The notes beneath the pieces are model-generated. The model did no database searches. It saw only the letters and a list, made by a program, of their open reading frames with translations, and was not told the origin of the DNA. 63,029 nucleotides of DNA, from positions 1 through 63,029 of the forward strand of contig JBHLRP010000017.1 of NCBI GenBank assembly GCA_048882485.1, written 5' to 3'. Below, one piece after another: positions 27,278 to 36,119 of the stretch. The stretch's first letter is position 1, and every line of letters starts with the position of its first letter. Both the position numbers and the translations under genes were made by a program. This DNA comes from Candidatus Thorarchaeota archaeon. GTDB lineage: Archaea > Asgardarchaeota > Thorarchaeia > Thorarchaeales > Thorarchaeaceae.

Positions 27278-27568
27278 ATGGTCAATGGGTTTCAAGTGCA
27301 GGATGATGGCACATCCATTGAAGTCGAAGTTACAAAAGACTCACTTGAATCCGAGAATGTGTACTGCATCATCGATGATGTTAGCAAGAGCATATTCATC
27401 TGGAAAGGGCGTCGTTCGGGAGTCAGAAAGAAGTTCATCGGGGCTCAGACTGCAAATCGAATGCGGTCAGAGCATGGTACAACATTCAAAGTTCACTCTC
27501 TTGATGAGGGGGAGGAACCAGCCATTTTCTTTACTGCCATAAGCAACAACTCCGAATCAGAAACCTGA
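27278..27568 (+). CDS. Single-domain gelsolin-like actin-regulating protein (Asgard ProGel type)
   Basis: SLESENVYCII, IFIWKGRRS, KKFIGAQTA and DEGEEP..FF match the gelsolin repeat consensus. Confidence 0.85.
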   Translation: MVNGFQVQDDGTSIEVEVTKDSLESENVYCIIDDVSKSIFIWKGRRSGVRKKFIGAQTANRMRSEHGTTFKVHSLDEGEEPAIFFTAISNNSESET

Positions 27569-27625
27569 CGCCGTTACCTTGCCACAAGATTCTATAGTTC
27601 TGCTGGATAGTCGCCCCTGAGGTCT

Positions 27626-28675
27626 ATGAAGATGAGAGGACTCATGAAGACTGCCCGGGGCGTAGGAAATCTCGAGATCAGAGAAATTGAGGATCCCAAG
27701 CCAGGACGAGATGAAGTCCTTATTGAAGTAGCCGCTGCAGGTATATGTGGCTCTGACATTCACATAAAACATGATCAATCATTCTACAATCCGCCTGTGA
27801 TACTAGGCCACGAATACTCCGGTACTGTGGTTGATGTTGGTCCTGATGTATCGGGTGTCAAAGTGGGCGACAAAGTCGTTTCACCAGCGACAGCATATTG
27901 CGGCAGATGCTATCAATGCAAGACGGGGCACATGAACCGTTGTACCGCTGAAGGAAAGCGCATCCTTGGCGTTTCTCTGGCAAACGGGGCATTTGCAAAA
28001 TATCTGGCAGTGCCTGAGTACATAATCCATGGTGTGCCAGAAGGTGTTTCACTAGAAGAGGCAGCACTGGCCGAGCCTACTGCGTGTGTTGTTCATGCAG
28101 TGGCTGAAACCACAAGTATCTGTCCTGGTGACACAGTTGTTGTTCAAGGCCCCGGTACGATGGGATTGCTTGCAGTGCAAGTTGCTAAAGCCATGGGTGC
28201 TGGCAAGGTAATCGTAACGGGTGTGACGGCAGACAAATGGCGATTCGACATTGCACGCAAGACCGGTGCTGATCTAACCATCGATGTTCAGTCTGATACA
28301 GACCCTGTTGAAATTGTAAGAGATCATACAAACGGTTTAGGTGCGGATGTCGTGATAGAGGCATCCGGAGCGTGTATTGCATGCACTCAGTCTCTTGATT
28401 TCGTCAAAATCGCAGGACATGTTTCATTAGTGGGGGTTAGGGGCAAGCCCATGGAGATCGACCTTGATCCCATGATTGAGAAAGAGCTTACTATGACAGG
28501 TACTTGGGGGACACTTCCGTCATCTTGGGTCAAAACATTGCGGCTAATGGGGTCGAGGAAGATAGATGTTAGTTCACTCATTACACACAGGATTGCACTT
28601 GATGATTGGGAAGATGGTTTCAACCTCATGGAAACACAACAGGCTATCAAGGTGCTCTTCACAGAACTCGAATAG
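27626..28675 (+). CDS. Zn-dependent medium-chain alcohol/polyol dehydrogenase (threonine/sorbitol DH-like)
   Basis: GICGSD, GHEYSG, CGRCYQCKTGHMNRC, GPGTMG. Confidence 0.92.
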   Translation: MKMRGLMKTARGVGNLEIREIEDPKPGRDEVLIEVAAAGICGSDIHIKHDQSFYNPPVILGHEYSGTVVDVGPDVSGVKVGDKVVSPATAYCGRCYQCKTGHMNRCTAEGKRILGVSLANGAFAKYLAVPEYIIHGVPEGVSLEEAALAEPTACVVHAVAETTSICPGDTVVVQGPGTMGLLAVQVAKAMGAGKVIVTGVTADKWRFDIARKTGADLTIDVQSDTDPVEIVRDHTNGLGADVVIEASGACIACTQSLDFVKIAGHVSLVGVRGKPMEIDLDPMIEKELTMTGTWGTLPSSWVKTLRLMGSRKIDVSSLITHRIALDDWEDGFNLMETQQAIKVLFTELE

Positions 28676-28701
28676 TCAGCATAAAGGAGCTGTTTCATTC
28701 G

Positions 28702-29055
28702 ATGTACTTGACAAAGGATGTGCCGCCAGAGGACTATGAGGAATATTCCAAAGAGGGTGTGAAAGGATTCCGGAACAAGCCTCTTCTTGGACCTGAGAAT
28801 TCAGCAACGAGATTCGCTTTGAGGACGTACATCATAGAATCGGGCGGTCATTCGGCCCCTGATAATCATAAGCACGAACATGGGGTCTATGTCTTTAGCG
28901 GGGTTTTGCAGGTGAAAGTTGGCGAACAACTACTAGAGCTAAATCCCGGTGATGTGATTCATATCGCAGCCAACGAGCCTCATCAATTCCTTAACCCTTC
29001 GCCTCAGCCAGCCAAGTTCCTTTGCGTTCGAGATTTTCCCGAGTCTACTTTCTAG
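28702..29055 (+). CDS. Cupin domain protein
   Basis: HKHEHGVYVFSG and PGDVIHIAANEPH motifs. Confidence 0.85.
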   Translation: MYLTKDVPPEDYEEYSKEGVKGFRNKPLLGPENSATRFALRTYIIESGGHSAPDNHKHEHGVYVFSGVLQVKVGEQLLELNPGDVIHIAANEPHQFLNPSPQPAKFLCVRDFPESTF

Positions 29056-29398
29056 GAGCCCACTTATCCAGAGCATCCTGCACAGTTGCAATGTGAGCCG
29101 CTGCAGGACCTCCTCCCATAACAATAGCCACAGCTGCGGCTTCCATTATCTCATCTCTAGTTGCTCCAGCTGATATTGCCTGCTTGGTATGATACACCAT
29201 ACATGACTCACACGGAGAAAGGATGGCTGCCACAATACAGATGATCTCTTTGAATTTCGCAGGCAATGCGCCATCCTTGTGAACGGTCTTTAGAAGGTCA
29301 GTATATGCGTTCCTGGTTTCTGGAATATCCCTGTTCAGAGCTCCAAAGTGTCTCTGAAAGGACTTGAGGGTGTTTTCGACATTTTCCATTTCTTTCAT
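29045..29398 (-). CDS. Carboxymuconolactone decarboxylase/AhpD family protein
   Basis: GALPAKFKEII, CESCMVYH, GATRDEIMEA; ATGA overlap with lplA. Confidence 0.88.
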   Translation of the reverse strand: MKEMENVENTLKSFQRHFGALNRDIPETRNAYTDLLKTVHKDGALPAKFKEIICIVAAILSPCESCMVYHTKQAISAGATRDEIMEAAAVAIVMGGGPAAAHIATVQDALDKWAPRK

Positions 29399-30204
29399 CT
29401 CGAATTGTACTCTGGGTATAACCTCCCCAGGTTCCACTCCGACTGGCTGTAGCGGCTCTGATATAAAGCATGCGCAGTGGCCTGCTCCTCTTCAGACAGA
29501 CTACCAGGGACAATGCGTGCCCTTGTGAATCCTTGAATACTCTCTATGATTGAGTTGATTATCTCTCTATAAGAAGGAGGCTTGGATAGGGCTTCTGTGA
29601 TCGAAGTCACCGCATCCCGTTTACTCTCCATACATCTTATTCTCCTCTTATCACGGATGTATTGAGGCTGGTCTGAAGGGGCATTGAGGCTTTTTCTAAG
29701 ATGATCTAGATTTGAGTTGATGAGTAACGTACCATGAATGAATGAAATGCCCCGCTTTATCCATCCTGCTGTACCAGTAATCTTCTTCTTGCCGATTCGA
29801 ATGCAGGATCCTTCTTTGTCAAATTGGGCTGGTACTCCAATATCAACCAATCCTTCTGCAATTGCACCTACGAAGTTGCGATAGAGAGTTGGGAGCGTCT
29901 TTGCCACATAGGCCTCCTTTTGATTCATACAGAGGGTGAAATTCAGGTTACCCATATCGTGAAACACTGCACCTCCCCCAGTGAATCGTCGAGCAATGAC
30001 AATGCCATTGTGCTTACAGTAGTTGATGTCAGCTTCCTTATGGACACACTGAAACCTGCCAATTACAACTGCATCCGCCGCTCGCCATAACCGTAGTGTG
30101 TTCATTTTTGCTTGTGATTCGGAATTCACAACTGCGAGTGCTTCTTCGAGAGCGAGATTACGATGTATGTCTACCTCGCCAACCTCAAGAAGCCTCCATG
30201 ACAT
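29395..30204 (-). CDS. lplA: Lipoate-protein ligase A family
   Basis: NLALEEAL, RRFTGGGAVFHD, KKITGTA, HGTLL; next to the E2 gene. Confidence 0.9.
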   Translation of the reverse strand: MSWRLLEVGEVDIHRNLALEEALAVVNSESQAKMNTLRLWRAADAVVIGRFQCVHKEADINYCKHNGIVIARRFTGGGAVFHDMGNLNFTLCMNQKEAYVAKTLPTLYRNFVGAIAEGLVDIGVPAQFDKEGSCIRIGKKKITGTAGWIKRGISFIHGTLLINSNLDHLRKSLNAPSDQPQYIRDKRRIRCMESKRDAVTSITEALSKPPSYREIINSIIESIQGFTRARIVPGSLSEEEQATAHALYQSRYSQSEWNLGRLYPEYNSR

Positions 30205-30308
30205 TGAAAAATCTCCTAAATGGCACGAAATTCAATCGGATTAGGTATGGCCTTCACATTAAACCTTAAGGTACAAGAAATGTGCGATGAGAAAGTGCGA
30301 GGGGGAAT

Positions 30309-30438
30309 GCTGGTGACAGAATCAGGTCCATCACCAGCTGATAACCTCGGAGCAGATTCGAGGTTATAGAGCAGATGTCGTATTTTCGAGGCATGACGCA
30401 GGAGGGAATTCTGCGTCAATATAGACCTCAGGTGGGTC
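30309..30438. other. Cluster of intergenic inverted repeats (putative structured RNA)
   Basis: GCTGGTGA/TCACCAGC, ATAACCTCG/CGAGGTTAT, TGACGCAG/CTGCGTCA and GACC/GGTC stems within 130 nt. Confidence 0.4.
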
Positions 30439-30474
30439 AATTTAAGCCCGTACATATTTTCCAGCTGGAATCCT

Positions 30475-30783
30475 CTATCCGAGGGAAGTTCCGCATTCTA
30501 GACAATAGCTATCTCCTGGTCTTATGTATGCACCACATCGCCTGCAACGAGCAGCAGGCTGGCTAGGCCTGTTTAGAACAAACCGACCGGCATTGCGTAT
30601 ATTCCTGAGACCCATGGCATCACTATACAGTTCAGTGTAGCCACAGTCTGCACAGGTGAAAGCTTCTAGAGTCGCAGTATAAAGCCCTGGCAAGTCAATT
30701 CTTACGTGGTGTTGGCCATAGATTCTGTGAGGTCCTGCTATCCTGTTGTTTCCACATTTGGGGCATCGCTTTGTTTGAATCAT
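30475..30783 (-). CDS. Double zinc-ribbon protein
   Basis: CPKCG..CADCGYTELY and CRRCG..CLECG. Confidence 0.8.
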   Translation of the reverse strand: MIQTKRCPKCGNNRIAGPHRIYGQHHVRIDLPGLYTATLEAFTCADCGYTELYSDAMGLRNIRNAGRFVLNRPSQPAARCRRCGAYIRPGDSYCLECGTSLG

Positions 30784-30861
30784 CCCTTCTCCACTATTCT
30801 GTACTCGGAAGAATGTGCACATAATCCTTTGTTCCAGCGCTTAGTTCTTTGGACAAAGATT

Positions 30862-32085
30862 TCAGACTTTCATGAAGAATGGGCTTTCAAGGTACTCCTT
30901 CAATGCTAGGAGAAACTGTCCCGCAGGAGCACCATCAATAACTCTATGGTCGACTGCACAACTCGCCATCATCGTGGAACGGATGACTATCTGGTCATCG
31001 ATAACCACCGGCTTCTTCTTTATCTGTCCGAGTGCAAGGATTGCTGTTTCCGGCGGATTAATCACAGGAATGAACAAGTCGACTTGGAATGGACCCAAGT
31101 TTGAAACAGTGAATGTGCTGCCCGTTAGCTCTTCAGGCGTTAGGTCATTTGTCTTCGCTCTCCTACCCATGTCCTTGGTTTCTTGAGCAATCTCTGTGAT
31201 CGATTTCTTGTTGGCTCCTCTCACGGTTGGAACAATCAGGCCTGTTTCTGTAGCCATTGCCACCCCAATGTTCACATCCTCGAACATATGGAGTTCATTC
31301 CCTGAGAGTGTAGCGTTGAACTTTGGGAACCTCTCAAGGATGTCCGCCACCGCCTTCACGATGATATCATTGAAGGACACCCTGAATCCCAGCCTCTTCT
31401 CATTACGTTTATTGATATCATTCCTCAGCTCGACTGCTTCCGTCATATCAATCTCGGTGATCATGGTGATATGGGGTCTTTGATAGCTCTCTGTCATCCG
31501 ACGGGCTATTGTTCTTCTCAAGGGTGAGAGTGGTTCTACCTTTCTCACCTTGCGGTCATCTCCAACCGCAAAGGGGACGCTCTTGTATTCTAGGACGTCC
31601 TTCTCGACTATCCGGCCTTCAGGACCACTTCCCACAATCAATGCGAGGTCTAGCCCTTTTTCCATTGCCAGCTTCTTGGCTCTCGGTGATGCCTTGATCT
31701 TTCCGCTTGGAAGTGTACTTGGTTGACCCGGCTTTGTGCTCGTGGCTGTCTGGACTGAAGTTGCAACAGCTGGAGCTGGTGCAGGAGTAGAAGCAGTTGC
31801 AATAGTCTCTGTCAGTTTCTTTGGTTTGACATCGGGAATATCTTCTCCTTTCTCACCAATGATTGCTATTGGCTCACTGATTGGTATCTCATCATTCACT
31901 TCGCAGAGTATTTTCAGTAGAAGGCCATCAGTAGGGCTCTCTAGTTCAAACTCGTTCTTCTCACCGAATATTTCGACAACAGGTTCACCTTTCTTGACAT
32001 TGTCGCCCTCGTTCTTCAACCACTTGAGTATCACACCGTACTCCATTGCGACACTCATTCTCTGCATTATCATGATCGTGGCCAA
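30862..32085 (-). CDS. pdhC: 2-oxoacid dehydrogenase E2, dihydrolipoamide acyltransferase
   Basis: Lipoyl domain, E3-binding ASPRAKKLA..GSGPEGRI, catalytic DHRVIDG. Confidence 0.92.
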   Translation of the reverse strand: MATIMIMQRMSVAMEYGVILKWLKNEGDNVKKGEPVVEIFGEKNEFELESPTDGLLLKILCEVNDEIPISEPIAIIGEKGEDIPDVKPKKLTETIATASTPAPAPAVATSVQTATSTKPGQPSTLPSGKIKASPRAKKLAMEKGLDLALIVGSGPEGRIVEKDVLEYKSVPFAVGDDRKVRKVEPLSPLRRTIARRMTESYQRPHITMITEIDMTEAVELRNDINKRNEKRLGFRVSFNDIIVKAVADILERFPKFNATLSGNELHMFEDVNIGVAMATETGLIVPTVRGANKKSITEIAQETKDMGRRAKTNDLTPEELTGSTFTVSNLGPFQVDLFIPVINPPETAILALGQIKKKPVVIDDQIVIRSTMMASCAVDHRVIDGAPAGQFLLALKEYLESPFFMKV

Positions 32086-32095
32086 AGGTCACACC

Positions 32096-33070
32096 TCATA
32101 CTATTGCGCGAATTGCTTCTGCAATACGCTTGTTATCAGGAATGAAATACTGCTCCAATGTAGGACTGAATGGCACAGGAGTGTCCGGTGCATTCACCCT
32201 TATAATAGGTGCATCCAGCCAGTCGAATGCTTCTTCTTGCACCATTGCAGAAATCTCAGCTGTGGTGGCTCCAGTCTTGGTTTCCTCTGTGACTAGCACT
32301 AGCCTACCCGTCTTCTTCACCGAATCAATCAACGTCTTCTTGTCGAGGGGTACAAGAGTTCTTGGGTCGATTACTTCCACACTAATGCCGTCTTTCGCAA
32401 GTCCCTCAGCGACTTCTAGAGCTTTATGCAGCATGAAGAATGTCCCCCAGACAGTTACATCTGCGCCTTCTCGACGAACCTTTGCTTCGCCAAATGGAAC
32501 CAAATATTCCTCTTCAGGCACCTCTTCTTTCCTATCATAGACAAGTTTGTGCTCAAAGAACATGACAGGATCGGGGTCTCTTATTGCTGTCTTGATGAGT
32601 CCTTTTGCATCGTAAGCGAAAGCTGGTACTGCAATCTTCAGACCTGGAGTGTGCATGAACCACGCCTCAAGGCTCTGAGAGTGATGGGATGCTATATTCT
32701 TCCCGCCTCCAAATACAGAGCGCAAAACCAGAGGAACGGAGGTCTGTCCTCCAAACATGTATCTCATCTTGGCAGCCTGATTGCATACCTGATCCATCGC
32801 TAGGGAGATGAGGTCACCAAACATGATCTCAGCCACAGGACGCATCCCTGTAATAGCAGCACCAACAGCTGCACCAGCAATAGCATTTTCAGAGATTGGT
32901 GTATCTCTTACACGGTCATCTCCAAACTCTTCAGCCAATCCCTTTGTAACTTTGAAAGCTCCTCCCCAGTTGCGGCCAACATCTTCTCCCATTATGAAGA
33001 CGCTGTCATCTCGGAGCATCTCTTCTCGAATACCCTGTTTGAGTGCATCCCTGTAGGTCATCTCCGCCAT
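32096..33070 (-). CDS. pdhB: 2-oxoacid (pyruvate/acetoin) dehydrogenase E1 beta subunit
   Basis: GEDVG, DTPISE, HSQSLEAW, FFEHK. Confidence 0.93.
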   Translation of the reverse strand: MAEMTYRDALKQGIREEMLRDDSVFIMGEDVGRNWGGAFKVTKGLAEEFGDDRVRDTPISENAIAGAAVGAAITGMRPVAEIMFGDLISLAMDQVCNQAAKMRYMFGGQTSVPLVLRSVFGGGKNIASHHSQSLEAWFMHTPGLKIAVPAFAYDAKGLIKTAIRDPDPVMFFEHKLVYDRKEEVPEEEYLVPFGEAKVRREGADVTVWGTFFMLHKALEVAEGLAKDGISVEVIDPRTLVPLDKKTLIDSVKKTGRLVLVTEETKTGATTAEISAMVQEEAFDWLDAPIIRVNAPDTPVPFSPTLEQYFIPDNKRIAEAIRAIV

Positions 33071-34051
33071 CTAAATCGCCTCCAAAAAGACATCATCGAG
33101 AGCTTCTTCAGGTGCTGGATGCTCTGACTGAATCGCAAAATTTGCAGCCTTGTCGATAGCCTTTTGCAGTTTCTTTCGTATGCTCTCTGCCTTCTTCTCT
33201 GTGAGTGCTTTCTTTTCAAGCGCAATTTTCTTAATTATCTCTACAGCGTCTCGGCCCATCCAATGGTCGACCTCATCTTGAGGACGATACTTCGCTTGAT
33301 CGAATCGTGAATGACCTCTCATTCTGTATGTCTTGCATTCGATCAGACTAGGCCCTCCTCCCTCTCTGGCTCTCTTCACCGCTTGAACGGCAGCTTCATA
33401 CACCTCTAGTGCATTGTTGCCATCTACAACAACTGATGGTGTGCAATAGGCATCACCTCGGTCAGCAATATTCTGGCTTGGACAGGTCAGTTCTATTGGT
33501 GTGCCCATGGCATAGAGGTTGTTCTCAACGACCCACACTAGTGGCAACTGCCAGATTGCAGCCATATTGAGGGATTCCCCAAAGGTTCCATTGTTCGATG
33601 CTCCATCGCCGAAGAAACATGCAACAACCTCATCGGTCTTCCTCATCTGAGCTGATAGCGCTGCTCCCACTGCTATCGGAAGTCCTGATGCGACGACGCC
33701 AGTTGCTCCTAACACTCCTACATCGAACTGAGTGATGTGCATTGAGCCTCCCTTGCCCTTACAAGAGCCTGTCTTCTTTCCTAGGAGTTCGGCCAGTGCA
33801 GCGTTCATGTCAGCCCCCTTCGCCACAACATGTCCATGACCACGATGTGTGCTTTGAATCCAATCTGTTTCCTTGAGGGCAGCAGTGACACCAGCAGCCA
33901 CAGCTTCCTGCCCTAGATACAAATGAAGCGTGCCTGGAACCAGGTTCTGTCCGAAAAGATCCCAGACTTTTTCTTCGAAGAGGCGCACTTTGAGCGTGCG
34001 CGTATAGAGATCAACGAGGGTCTCCTTTTTGACTGTCATTTTCCGTCCCAT
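33071..34051 (-). CDS. pdhA: 2-oxoacid (pyruvate/acetoin) dehydrogenase E1 alpha subunit
   Basis: HLYLGQEA, STHRGHGH, GKGGSMH, TPP motif GDGA..ENN, TYRMRGHS. Confidence 0.93.
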   Translation of the reverse strand: MGRKMTVKKETLVDLYTRTLKVRLFEEKVWDLFGQNLVPGTLHLYLGQEAVAAGVTAALKETDWIQSTHRGHGHVVAKGADMNAALAELLGKKTGSCKGKGGSMHITQFDVGVLGATGVVASGLPIAVGAALSAQMRKTDEVVACFFGDGASNNGTFGESLNMAAIWQLPLVWVVENNLYAMGTPIELTCPSQNIADRGDAYCTPSVVVDGNNALEVYEAAVQAVKRAREGGGPSLIECKTYRMRGHSRFDQAKYRPQDEVDHWMGRDAVEIIKKIALEKKALTEKKAESIRKKLQKAIDKAANFAIQSEHPAPEEALDDVFLEAI

Positions 34052-34263
34052 CCATTTGCCGCGTGAGGGATTACGGCCGAATCCGCGAACTATAGTTGAT
34101 AAAGGCTTCGAACTAGCAGTGTCTGCTTTTCATAATGTGCAGGCGGATACACAGCAATCATCATATTATCGTATTCTCTCTGATGTGTCGGTTAGGAACG
34201 TGGATAGCTCCTATTGCGTTTGGAAATTCACGATATGGTTCCAGTCTGCGTTTCTATTCACTT

Positions 34264-34300
34264 TGTGACCGCTGCTTAACCGGGGGTTGCGGCGGTCACA
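34264..34300 (+). promoter_or_regulatory. Strong stem-loop in the fwdDBA leader
   Basis: TGTGACCGCTGC pairs GCGGCGGTCACA (12 bp, one G-U), plus inner AACC/GGTT. Confidence 0.4.
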
Positions 34301-34430
34301 GGCCAAAAACATTGATTTCCAATAAGGAATCGATTATGAAGGGCTTTTTCTTCGTGATGGACAGATGACCATGACACTCATATCTTGGTTTTGAAAAGAA
34401 ACTCGTCATTCCAGACTGGTGTTGTCAGCC

Positions 34431-34829
34431 ATGAACGATGTAGGTGTCGAAGTTGTCCTAACTTCGGGTCGGACACTCAAGCAGGGTCAGACCATGGAAT
34501 TGGGAAAACTCAATCAGGAGTACTTTGAAGCCGTCGCTATTTGCGAGGTCGATAAGTCCACCCTCGAGGCATTAGGACTTGAGGAGGGTGATCCGGTCAA
34601 GGTGAAGACTGCGACAGGAAGTGTTGTTGTGGCCTGTAGAGTAGACAGAAGGGCAGAGCCTGGTGTTGCATTTATGCCGTGCGGCCCGTGGGCGAACGCA
34701 GTTCTGGACTCGGATACCATTGAGAGTGGCATGCCTAGATACAAGGACATTGAAGCCAAGCTCATTGCTGCTAAAGGAGCGAAGATACCGAGTGCAGAAG
34801 ACCTGCTGAAAGCCATTATGGAGGGATAA
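34431..34829 (+). CDS. fwdD: Formylmethanofuran dehydrogenase subunit D
   Basis: LTSGRTLKQG, FMPCGPWAN, GMPRYK; alternative GTG start at 34419. Confidence 0.9.
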   Translation: MNDVGVEVVLTSGRTLKQGQTMELGKLNQEYFEAVAICEVDKSTLEALGLEEGDPVKVKTATGSVVVACRVDRRAEPGVAFMPCGPWANAVLDSDTIESGMPRYKDIEAKLIAAKGAKIPSAEDLLKAIMEG

Positions 34830-34832
34830 GAA

Positions 34833-36119
34833 ATGACTGAAGTTTTCGAGGACCAAGTCTGTCCGTTCTGTGGTTGTCTGTGTGACGACATTAGGATAGA
34901 GGTTGAGAATGGTAAGGTCGTCAAGAATGACAATGGCTGTGCAATCAGCAAGGCGAAATATCTGAACCATCATGATGACCGGATTGAATCGCCAATGGTC
35001 AAGAATTCCGCTGTTAAACTTGATGCGGCCATCGATAAGGCGGTTGAGATACTAGCTTCTGCAAAAAGGCCTCTCATCTATGGTCTCAGTTCTACAGAAA
35101 ACGATGCTCATAGAGAGGCCTACAAGATTGCTGAAACAATAGGTGGAGTTGTCGACAATACCTCATCTGTCTGTCACGGACCCACAATTCTCGGTGCACA
35201 GGAATCTGGGGAGGCAGCAGGGTCTCTTGCTGAGGTCAAAAATCGTGCTGATACTATCATCTACTGGGGTTCTAATCCGCAATTCGCTCACCCTCGTCAC
35301 TTGAGAAGATATGTTCGAGCTGAAGGCGAATATATCAATGATCCAAAGGCTGACCGGAAAATCTGGGTCTTTGATATTCGAAAAACAATTTCTGCCAATG
35401 TAGCTGATGAGTTTGTCAAGCTGGCTCCCCGTGGAGACCTCGAGTTCATCGGAGCTCTCCGTGCAGTAGTGCGAGGTCATCCGCTTGATGTTGATGAGGT
35501 AGCAGGAGTTTCAATGGAGCGGATAACTGAGATTGCTGAAGCGCTCAAGGGCGCTAAATATGGAATCCTGTTCTTTGGACTTGGACTCACCCAATCGAAA
35601 GGTCGGCATAGGAACATAGATGCCGCGATACGGTTGGTGCAAGACCTCAATTCGTACACAAAATGGAATATGATGCCCATGAGAGGCCACTTCAATGTAG
35701 CTGGAGCAAACAAGACATCTACATGGCAGACCGGCTATCCGTTCGCAGTCGACTACGCTAGGGGCTACCCCCGATATCAGCCTGGAGAATACACAGCAGT
35801 TGACATGCTAGTAAACAAGGAAGCAGATGCAATGCTGAACATCGCCGCTGATCCTGCAGCACACTTTCCGAAAGCTGCAATCAGGCACATGTCAACAATA
35901 CCTGTCATCAACATTGATCCCAAGCGGAACATGACATCCCTCATGGCAGAAGTGAATATTCCCGTTGCGCTTTCAGGCATAGAGTGTGATGGCGCTGCAG
36001 TTCGAATGGACGGTCTCCCATTATATCTCAAAAAGGTGGTAGAACCACCCGAAGGTGTTCTTCCAGACAGGGATGTGCTGAAAATGATACATGACAAGTT
36101 GGAGAAGGTGGTGAGCTAA
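34833..36119 (+). CDS. fwdB: Formylmethanofuran dehydrogenase subunit B (Mo/W-pterin, Cys ligand)
   Basis: CPFCGCLCDD, DNTSSVCHGP, EVKNRAD, HPRH, MRGHFNV. Confidence 0.95.
   Translation: MTEVFEDQVCPFCGCLCDDIRIEVENGKVVKNDNGCAISKAKYLNHHDDRIESPMVKNSAVKLDAAIDKAVEILASAKRPLIYGLSSTENDAHREAYKIAETIGGVVDNTSSVCHGPTILGAQESGEAAGSLAEVKNRADTIIYWGSNPQFAHPRHLRRYVRAEGEYINDPKADRKIWVFDIRKTISANVADEFVKLAPRGDLEFIGALRAVVRGHPLDVDEVAGVSMERITEIAEALKGAKYGILFFGLGLTQSKGRHRNIDAAIRLVQDLNSYTKWNMMPMRGHFNVAGANKTSTWQTGYPFAVDYARGYPRYQPGEYTAVDMLVNKEADAMLNIAADPAAHFPKAAIRHMSTIPVINIDPKRNMTSLMAEVNIPVALSGIECDGAAVRMDGLPLYLKKVVEPPEGVLPDRDVLKMIHDKLEKVVS

Noticed and set aside
30391-30420. ATGA-containing hairpin as a eukaryote-type SECIS
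   Set aside because: The 3' arm is a Watson-Crick complement (GTCA) rather than a GA quartet, and no upstream gene has an in-frame TGA.
31736-32296. 186-aa + strand ORF, and many other 60-150 aa antisense ORFs across the window
   Set aside because: They lie opposite well-supported genes and carry no recognisable motifs.
34833-36119. Selenocysteine in FwdB
   Set aside because: The ligand codon is TGT (Cys) and there is no in-frame TGA.
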